Shown here: positions 8,146-14,706 of the stretch, one piece after another
How positions within the stretch are numbered: the first letter of the stretch is position 1
Layout of the letters: every line of letters begins with the position of its first letter
Virus record (IMG/VR): IMGVR_UViG_3300042305_001773
Location: 141,045 to 205,044 of that record
Direction: 5' to 3' (one strand)
Length of the DNA: 64,000 nucleotides
Position numbers and translations under genes: made by a program
Notes under the pieces: model-generated
Database searches by the model: none
Seen by the model: only the letters and a program-made list of their open reading frames with translations
Told to the model about the DNA's origin: nothing

Positions 8146-8521
8146 TTGATTGTGCAAGCTTGTCCAGTTCTTCTTTCTGTTGTTTGATTTGCTCTGCGAC
8201 ATGCGCCGCATACTGGTCAAGCATCCTAAGCTGGCCGACAAGATCTTTGTGCACGTCAACGCTAAACAACGAAAGCCGCCGCATCAGCATGAGTAGGCTT
8301 GCGGTAAAAGGCGGTTCTTTGCTGCGTAAACTCAGTAGGCCGGGCGGGGCGTTTTCGGGTTGCGAAGTCCACAGCGGGACAAGCGCAAGTCCGTGTAGTT
8401 CTGGAACAGCGGCCATTACTTCGTTACAAAACTCTTCGCCGCGCCGCATAAACTCGACGTCAAACGGGAGGCGGTCAGATTGAATTTCAGGTTGCTGATC
8501 AGGTTGCTGCGGCGTATCCAT
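8123..8521 (-). CDS. hypothetical protein with C-terminal coiled coil
   Basis: 132-aa ORF, GGA SD. Confidence 0.65.
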   Translation of the reverse strand: MDTPQQPDQQPEIQSDRLPFDVEFMRRGEEFCNEVMAAVPELHGLALVPLWTSQPENAPPGLLSLRSKEPPFTASLLMLMRRLSLFSVDVHKDLVGQLRMLDQYAAHVAEQIKQQKEELDKLAQSNADTTQS

Positions 8522-8534
8522 TAAACATCCTTTG

Positions 8535-8882
8535 TTATTGTGCGTAGCGTGATTCTTTTGGAAGCACGCCGTCGATTACGTTACCCAGTCGTGTAGCGGC
8601 AAGGCTGTAGATCACCACCCTAACGGCAGTCTCGACCATACCGCCAATTCCTGTTCCTGCCAAGAGCAGCAGAAACAAGTACAGCGGCGCGTGATATGAC
8701 TTGCAAAACGGGCAATTGATCAGCTCTAGCAGCTTGCCTTTTGCCGTGTTGTATGGTGTCACATCTTGAAGCGCCTGCGCGTAGGCTCGCGCTGTTTCAA
8801 ACAGAGAACCTTTGTGCCACACCTCGATGATTGCGCCAGCAGCGAGTGTGACAGCCAAAAAGTCTAGAGCACTGATTGTCAT
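8535..8882 (-). CDS. DUF1360-like membrane protein
   Basis: Hydrophobic segments around LINCPFCKSYH; ATG at 8882 overlaps the upstream stop. Confidence 0.7.
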   Translation of the reverse strand: MTISALDFLAVTLAAGAIIEVWHKGSLFETARAYAQALQDVTPYNTAKGKLLELINCPFCKSYHAPLYLFLLLLAGTGIGGMVETAVRVVIYSLAATRLGNVIDGVLPKESRYAQ

Positions 8883-9061
8883 CGCCGTCTTCGTTTGTGT
8901 GTTGTTGATGTGGTGCCGCGTACAAAGCACGCGCCACTATAGATCGCCGCGCCCGCCACCACGAGCCCGGCAACGCCAATTTGCGGTATTGCGCAGATTC
9001 CGGCAAGAAGCATAAGCGCAGCGTAACCGGAAAACGTGGCGTGAGGATCTGGTTGTGACAT
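8879..9061 (-). CDS. small membrane protein with basic C-terminus
   Basis: Two hydrophobic stretches then HKRRRR; TAATG overlap with the upstream gene. Confidence 0.55.
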   Translation of the reverse strand: MSQPDPHATFSGYAALMLLAGICAIPQIGVAGLVVAGAAIYSGACFVRGTTSTTHKRRRR

Positions 9062-9285
9062 TAGGGTGCCTGACTGTCGCCGTGCGGCCACACCTGTGTT
9101 CGAGTTGTGTCCGGCGCGGCTGGGTTAAATTGATATTGCGGTAGCGGCAACGGCGCCTCAAGTTTAAGATGGTTTACTGCGTTATCAGGGAAATAGAGTT
9201 GCGGGCCGGGGCCGCGACGCGTGCCCTCGACGTAGTGCTGTTTTCGTTCCTGATACAATTTTGCGGAGCGTCCGACGTTTGCCAT
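9061..9285 (-). CDS. hypothetical protein
   Basis: GGAGG SD 4 nt before the ATG. Confidence 0.65.
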   Translation of the reverse strand: MANVGRSAKLYQERKQHYVEGTRRGPGPQLYFPDNAVNHLKLEAPLPLPQYQFNPAAPDTTRTQVWPHGDSQAP

Positions 9286-9302
9286 ATAACCTCCAGAAAG
9301 TA

Positions 9303-9337
9303 CGTGGCCGGGTCACCGTTTAGTATACCCGGCCGCG
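9303..9337 (-). promoter_or_regulatory. TATACT -10 element framed by an inverted repeat
   Basis: Arms GGCCGGGT (9306-9313) and ACCCGGCC (9327-9334), 13-nt spacer, -10 at 9327..9322, about 30 nt upstream of an SD-bearing gene. Confidence 0.5.
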
Positions 9338-9506
9338 CAGCTATCACTTGCGAGTCGTTTCTTTGGCGGCGGCCGCTGCAACCTGACACATGTAACCGAG
9401 TACATTTGCCAGTCCAGCAAGACCGTATATGAAAACATGCCCAGTGTATTTGAGGCTGTCTTCAACCCATTGAAATTCAGACTCGCTACCGTTGTTATTG
9501 TGGTTC

Positions 9507-11423
9507 ATGGATAAACCTGATCAAACAGTTACTGAAGCAGTTGACATGCCTTCCGTAGGCGTGCAATCACTTCTACAAGAATTAATCTCGATCGACGTGA
9601 CGGATGTGCATTCTGTTCACGCGCGTGCCGCTGTTTTGCAGCAGCTCGCGGGTCGGCATGCTTTCCCGTCGCTCGAACCTATTTTGCCTTTGGTTCTGAA
9701 CCTTAATGGACGCCCGTACAGCATTCAGAATCATATGCCTTTTTCCCCACTTTTCCGGCTACTGACGCCGAAAAATCAAGTGTGGTGCACGGGGCGTCAG
9801 GTATCAAAATCGACCAGCCTAGCAGCGCACGGAGTTGTAGTTGCCAACTCTATCCCGTTCTTCAAAACGTTATTCATCACACCGTTGTACGAACAGATAC
9901 GCCGGTTCTCGAATAACTATGTGCGTCCGTTTATCGATCAGTCTCCTGTGAAGTCGCAATGGAGCGGCACGACGACCGAGAATTCAGTTCTGCAAAGATC
10001 TTTTAAAAACAACTCAATGATGTTGTTTAGCTTTGCGCTTTTAGATTCGGATCGTGTGCGTGGTGTTTCTGCAGACCGCGTGTGCATCGACGAAGTTCAG
10101 GACATGGATCCTGATCACGTGCCGATCATTCAAGAAACGATGTCTTACTCCAAATGGGCGACGAGTTATTACACAGGAACGCCGAAGACGCTAGATAACT
10201 TAATTTACGGATTGTATAAACGATCATCACAGGCCGAATGGTTTATACCTTGTCATTCATGCAAGCACTGGAGCATCCCTTCGCTTGAGTATGACTTAGA
10301 TAAAATGATCGGCCCATACAGCATTCATATCAGCGAGAACTATCCGGGCACCGTCTGCGCTAAATGTCAGAAACCGATCAGCCCAAGGCATGGTCGGTGG
10401 GTGCATAGATATCCCGAACGCCGCTGGCAATTTGCCGGGTATCACGTACCGCAGATGATACTACCGCTTCATTTCTCCGACCCTGAAAAGTGGTCAACTC
10501 TATTGTTGAAGAGGGAAGGCTTTGGGAATATGACCCAAGCGCAGTTCTACAACGAGGTAATGGGAGAAAGCGTTGATACCGGTCAGAAGCTCATCAGCGA
10601 AACTGATTTGAAGGCTGCGTGCGTGCTAGACTGGGAAAACAAGAAAGAACCAGACCCTAAGTGCTTTGCAAATCTCTCGAACTACAAACATCGCATCCTT
10701 GCGGTCGACTGGGGCGGTGGCGGAGAAGCAGGTATTAGTTTCACCGTGCTTACTGTGCTGGGGTTCCGCCCAGATGGGACCATCGACACGCTGTGGGCCA
10801 AGCGCCTGCTTATTGGCGGCGATCATTTGGCCGAAGCGGTTGAATGTATGCGCTGGTCTAACTTGTTTAATTGCGATTTTGTCGCTCACGATTACACGGG
10901 CGCCGGCACGGTCCGCGAAACGGTCATGGTGCAGGCTGGGTTTAATCTAGAGCGAGTCTTGGCGATGCGACTTGTTCGTTCCGCGTCGCAAGATTTGATG
11001 GTGTTCAAACCGCCGACAGAGATCAATCATCGAGCGCACTATAGCCTCGACAAAACGCGGTCGTTGCTGTACACGTGTCAGGCGATCAAGCTGAAGCAAG
11101 TCCGCTTCTTCCAGTATGACTGGGCGTCGCAGGACTCGCCGGGCTTGGTGTCGGACTTTCTTGCGCTGGTAGAAAGTAAAGCCGAGTCTAGACTAGGCGG
11201 CGATATTTATACCATTACAAGGAACACGTTGTTGACTGACGACTTTGCGCAAGCTGTTAACCTAGGCTGCGCCGCTCTTTGGCACGTGAATAACGCGTGG
11301 CCTAATTTCGCGGAGATAGCTGGCGTAGCCCGGTTAAGCGAGCGTGTTGTTAAGGCAGAGACGCCGATGGATGACGACTGGGCGGATGATTCCATCGGGC
11401 GAAACTACTTTGGCGGGTATTAA
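9507..11423 (+). CDS. terL: terminase large subunit, GpA-like
   Basis: Walker A GRQVSKST, Walker B RVCIDEVQD, coupling motif TGTP, CxxC...CxxC Zn lid, RuvC-like AVDWGGG; start uncertain (9492, 9507 or 9546). Confidence 0.9.
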   Translation: MDKPDQTVTEAVDMPSVGVQSLLQELISIDVTDVHSVHARAAVLQQLAGRHAFPSLEPILPLVLNLNGRPYSIQNHMPFSPLFRLLTPKNQVWCTGRQVSKSTSLAAHGVVVANSIPFFKTLFITPLYEQIRRFSNNYVRPFIDQSPVKSQWSGTTTENSVLQRSFKNNSMMLFSFALLDSDRVRGVSADRVCIDEVQDMDPDHVPIIQETMSYSKWATSYYTGTPKTLDNLIYGLYKRSSQAEWFIPCHSCKHWSIPSLEYDLDKMIGPYSIHISENYPGTVCAKCQKPISPRHGRWVHRYPERRWQFAGYHVPQMILPLHFSDPEKWSTLLLKREGFGNMTQAQFYNEVMGESVDTGQKLISETDLKAACVLDWENKKEPDPKCFANLSNYKHRILAVDWGGGGEAGISFTVLTVLGFRPDGTIDTLWAKRLLIGGDHLAEAVECMRWSNLFNCDFVAHDYTGAGTVRETVMVQAGFNLERVLAMRLVRSASQDLMVFKPPTEINHRAHYSLDKTRSLLYTCQAIKLKQVRFFQYDWASQDSPGLVSDFLALVESKAESRLGGDIYTITRNTLLTDDFAQAVNLGCAALWHVNNAWPNFAEIAGVARLSERVVKAETPMDDDWADDSIGRNYFGGY

Positions 11424-11746
11424 AAAATCCGCCAGCAGTAGTCCTCGATAAATTTTTTCATCGCCGCGTAATCTCTAATCTTGGCGGTTTCAATAACGTC
11501 AACGACGGCACAAGCCGCGGTATACAGCGCGGTCGCCGCTTCCGTACAATCCATTGAGGAGTCATACAACTCCCAATTAGCGCCAGAGCGCGGCACGGCT
11601 GGTTCCTTGCCTTCAAACGCGTCGGCGACGATTCGCTGAAATACGCCATCTGGTTCGGTATCCATCGCGCCAAACGAGCGATACTTTTCTTGAACTTTTT
11701 CGAATCTACGAATCGCTTCTTTGAGCGTCGTCACGGCAAGTGTCAT
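11420..11746 (-). CDS. hypothetical protein
   Basis: ORF converging on terL; start uncertain. Confidence 0.6.
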   Translation of the reverse strand: MTLAVTTLKEAIRRFEKVQEKYRSFGAMDTEPDGVFQRIVADAFEGKEPAVPRSGANWELYDSSMDCTEAATALYTAACAVVDVIETAKIRDYAAMKKFIEDYCWRIF

Positions 11747-12188
11747 CGGATTTACCGCCGGCGTTGACAATCTCCATACCCTTTTCAGTTATCGAGAAAT
11801 TGAAATCGTTTTTTTCGCAGTCATACTCAGCGTCTAGCAAACCACGCTGTACGCCGACACGCATAATGTTCGATATGACACGAGCACCGAGCGCGCGAAA
11901 TAACCGAAGCATCTTTTCTTTGTACTCTTCAAACGAGTTTGCGCCGATGCCGTACGCGCCGTCTGTTTGAATATCTGACAGGTCGCGTACAATTTGCTCG
12001 ACCTCCCATATCTCCAAGAATTGACGCTGGTAGTCCAGATCGCATTCGGCTTCAGTCGGCTTTTCGTTTTGCATCTTTGCGATAAAGCCAGCAAACATCA
12101 TAAGCACGTGATCGCGCAAATCTTCAATCGATCCGCAAATGCGGCGAGACGGCTGCTCGTCGTTTTCGTCTTCGTAGTCTTCGAACAT
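11706..12188 (-). CDS. hypothetical protein
   Basis: GAGG SD before the ATG at 12188. Confidence 0.65.
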   Translation of the reverse strand: MFEDYEDENDEQPSRRICGSIEDLRDHVLMMFAGFIAKMQNEKPTEAECDLDYQRQFLEIWEVEQIVRDLSDIQTDGAYGIGANSFEEYKEKMLRLFRALGARVISNIMRVGVQRGLLDAEYDCEKNDFNFSITEKGMEIVNAGGKSDDTCRDDAQRSDS

Positions 12189-12195
12189 GTTTACC

Positions 12196-12510
12196 TCAGA
12201 CAGCCTCGGCGGCAAGGCGGGCCGTCGCTAGTGCGGCGTCGTAGTTGCCGCGCGCAATCATACGCGCGTGGGCCGCATCGCGGCACTGACCTAGATAGTC
12301 CGAGTAGGCGGCGTCTGTGTTGACCAGCGCTTCGGCCGAGCTGAAGCTGTGCGGTTTGCTGGTCAGCGGATTGTCGCCGCTACGCATGATCCGCTCAACG
12401 GCGGACATCTTGACCGAGATCCGGTTGTCTTCCAATTCCGACTCGCGCCGGACAGCGTCCGCGAGGGCGGAGGCGGCAGCAGTAATGTTATCAGCAAAGT
12501 TCTTCGACAT
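12196..12510 (-). CDS. hypothetical helical protein
   Basis: AAGGAG SD before the ATG at 12510. Confidence 0.65.
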   Translation of the reverse strand: MSKNFADNITAAASALADAVRRESELEDNRISVKMSAVERIMRSGDNPLTSKPHSFSSAEALVNTDAAYSDYLGQCRDAAHARMIARGNYDAALATARLAAEAV

Positions 12511-12519
12511 GGTCACTCC

Positions 12520-12879
12520 TTATTTATCTATGGCGCGACGAACACGAAGTATGTCGTCTAGCGCGCGGTCGAGCATATGGACTGCTTCTTCGCGGTTACC
12601 CGCGTCAACCAACTCAAATATCAAAAACGCAAATAGTGTGTCACCGCATTCGCGAATTTGTTTTTTGCCTTGGCGATTAATGTAGTCTTGAAACGTTTCG
12701 CCAATTTCCGGCGGATCAATTGCTAACAGATCGGACGCCGGGTATGAATCGTATATTTCTTTCGGAGTTAGCGGATTATTCGTCACTTCTCCAGTTTTGT
12801 TTTTCTTGCCGCGTCGGAATGCGTTTTGGATATTTCTCTGGGTGGCAAGCCTGACAGCGTGCGCGGGTGCACCCAGCAC
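12520..12879 (-). CDS. hypothetical protein (true start probably near 12786)
   Basis: The 3' part reads as a real protein; the 5' part overlaps the upstream gene. Confidence 0.55.
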   Translation of the reverse strand: MLGAPAHAVRLATQRNIQNAFRRGKKNKTGEVTNNPLTPKEIYDSYPASDLLAIDPPEIGETFQDYINRQGKKQIRECGDTLFAFLIFELVDAGNREEAVHMLDRALDDILRVRRAIDK

Positions 12880-13033
12880 AGCGCAAAGCTTTACGGTAGT
12901 GACCGTCGTCGATTACATGCGCGGGCTTGCCGTCTTGCAGGCTTTGCCGCCATATATCCATACCGGCGTTAAGTTGCTTACGCTTTTTAATCCGGCGTTC
13001 GATGATGTGCTTTTCGCTGTGATATCGTTTCAT
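12776..13033 (-). CDS. small basic protein with CxxC..CxxC motif
   Basis: RCAGCTRARCQACHPEK; Arg/Lys rich. Confidence 0.6.
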   Translation of the reverse strand: MKRYHSEKHIIERRIKKRKQLNAGMDIWRQSLQDGKPAHVIDDGHYRKALRCAGCTRARCQACHPEKYPKRIPTRQEKQNWRSDE

Positions 13034-13356
13034 TACATAAGTCCTATGTCGCGCAAGACGCCGTACTGCATAGCCAGCCGTTCCTGCGCTGTGTGTTTCA
13101 TACGCCCGTGCGCTGATTGAGACACGTCAAGCGAACTGGCCGCGCGCCATTTTGCTAGGTCTAAACGTTTGCGTAATTTCAACGGGTTTTTGTCGTCAGT
13201 ATTTCCGTGCTGCAATCCGCGGCGGAAACTGGCTTCTGAAATGCGCGCTATTAGCCGCACTAACTTTTTTTTCGTCGCGGCTGGTAGATTATCAAACTCT
13301 TGTCGCCGCAAACCGTTTGCGACCGACATGCGAGAAAAATCCGTTTTTGTTTTCAT
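13033..13356 (-). CDS. hypothetical basic protein
   Basis: 107-aa ORF, coupled to its neighbours; SEASFRRG.QHG motif. Confidence 0.6.
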   Translation of the reverse strand: MKTKTDFSRMSVANGLRRQEFDNLPAATKKKLVRLIARISEASFRRGLQHGNTDDKNPLKLRKRLDLAKWRAASSLDVSQSAHGRMKHTAQERLAMQYGVLRDIGLM

Positions 13357-13360
13357 TACC

Positions 13361-13804
13361 TTAAGCTTCGCAGTAAATAACTACTTTGCAACCGCATTGC
13401 TCGGCTAATTTGATAACGTCGGGCGAGTACACCGACACGATCTGGTCGCGTTTAACCGCGCCAGCTGTGATCAGCGCCTGCAGCCCGAGCTTAGCGATAC
13501 CGCGTCGCCGGTATTCTGGGTCTACAAAACATTCGATTGTTTGCGCTGTAACCGCGCGACCTTTGAACTTCTCTGGCCACGGGCGCGAACCAACCCAGCC
13601 TACTAACGTCTCGTCAAACCAGACAAGGGCCATAGCCATTTCCGGGTGCGGCTGCTCGTGGTTAACGTGCAGATACCGCTTAGCGAGTTCTTTTCGAATT
13701 GAGCTGTCGCTACCCGAATCCGGCCACGACAACCTTGTCATAATGGCCGTCACATCGACCAGTCCAAGCCGGTTGATGTCTTTGATTTTGATAGAAATAT
13801 CCAT
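13361..13804 (-). CDS. GNAT family N-acetyltransferase
   Basis: Acetyl-CoA motif A FVDPEYRRRGIAK; CGGAGG SD before the ATG at 13804. Confidence 0.8.
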   Translation of the reverse strand: MDISIKIKDINRLGLVDVTAIMTRLSWPDSGSDSSIRKELAKRYLHVNHEQPHPEMAMALVWFDETLVGWVGSRPWPEKFKGRAVTAQTIECFVDPEYRRRGIAKLGLQALITAGAVKRDQIVSVYSPDVIKLAEQCGCKVVIYCEA

Positions 13805-13839
13805 GCCGCGTCCTCCGAGACACAGCATGAAGTATACAA

Positions 13840-13912
13840 AGCCGGCGGTCGGATTCGAACCGACGACAGGCAGTTTACAAAACTGCTACTCTACCAACTG
13901 AGTTACGCCGGC
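13840..13912 (-). tRNA. trnT: tRNA-Thr (anticodon UGU), CCA not encoded
   Basis: Full cloverleaf: acceptor GCCGGCG/CGCCGGC, D arm ACTC-AGTTGGTA-GAGT, anticodon arm GCAGT-TTTGTAA-ACTGC, T arm GTCGG-TTCGAAT-CCGAC. Confidence 0.95.
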
Positions 13913-13917
13913 AAATA

Positions 13918-14385
13918 TCAAACAAGTTCAGTGATTAAACCAGTTGGCCAGTAGTATGGCATGTCGATTGGCTCCTGCCAACCAAACCGCGAATAGTGGC
14001 GGAAATCTTTGCGGAGAAGATTGCTGCGGTGGCTCGCGTGAAATTGCTCGTCACCAATCCACGGCGGATATACGTTGCGCTCAATAGTGTCGCGCAGTGT
14101 GGTATAGCTGCCCATGAACTGCGGGCAGAGCGTGTCGTTAAATCCGCGGCGTATCCATTCGCGGCACACGACTATGGCGTATACAGCTAGCGCAGTTTCA
14201 TATCCAACCCACATGCGGACGGCGGGGTGATTGCGCCAACTACTTGTCCCGGGTTCGTGCTCACCAACCGGGACGCCGAGACATAATAAGATCTGTTTAC
14301 ATTCAACCCGTTGTTTGCCGAGCCTTTTGTTATCAAGGCAGGCAGCCGAGTGTTTGAATCTCGGCAGGGGTAAGAATGTCTGCAT
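13918..14385 (-). CDS. pyrimidine dimer DNA glycosylase / MSMEG_6728-like protein
   Basis: MQTFLP...SA..LD.KRLGKQRVE..Q, W.NHPA..MW.GY, H.SH.SNLL.KD. Confidence 0.85.
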   Translation of the reverse strand: MQTFLPLPRFKHSAACLDNKRLGKQRVECKQILLCLGVPVGEHEPGTSSWRNHPAVRMWVGYETALAVYAIVVCREWIRRGFNDTLCPQFMGSYTTLRDTIERNVYPPWIGDEQFHASHRSNLLRKDFRHYSRFGWQEPIDMPYYWPTGLITELV

Positions 14386-14389
14386 TTAA

Positions 14390-14704
14390 TCAATCGTCAA
14401 ACTCGTCGTCAAAATCTTCTTCGTATTCTGGATCATTGTCTTCTTCGTCCTCGTACTCTTCGTCCCACTCTTCGTCATCGTCGCCCCATTCTTCTTCCTC
14501 TTCTTCATCATCATCGTCGTCATCGTCGTCTGTGAATACGTAATTCGGCTTGGGAATGGCTATGTCGCTATCGTCATCGTCATCGTCGTCGTCGTTTACA
14601 AACTGCCACTCTTCTTCGATGAAATCGTCGTCGAGACCGTCGTCATGGCGGCCGGCGCGTTCGTTGGGCATGTCGCGAAACAACGGAGATTCAAAGTAGC
14701 GCAT
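14390..14704 (-). CDS. extremely acidic low-complexity protein
   Basis: About 57 of 104 residues are D/E, interspersed with W/Y/F; tightly packed between flanking genes. Confidence 0.7.
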   Translation of the reverse strand: MRYFESPLFRDMPNERAGRHDDGLDDDFIEEEWQFVNDDDDDDDDSDIAIPKPNYVFTDDDDDDDDEEEEEEWGDDDEEWDEEYEDEEDNDPEYEEDFDDEFDD

Positions 14705-14706
14705 AG

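Noticed and set aside
9437-9514. 25-codon upstream ORF (MPSVFEAVF...) overlapping the terminase start
   Set aside because: No SD and a length expected by chance; could only be rescued by conservation or Ribo-seq
9507-11423. Intein or intron in the terminase or other core genes
   Set aside because: No C/S...HN splice motifs or homing endonuclease; the Cys cluster fits the GpA-type Zn lid
14400-14600. (TCG/TCA/TCT)n tract as a microsatellite or contingency locus
   Set aside because: Mixed synonymous codons encode poly-D/E; it is protein-level low complexity
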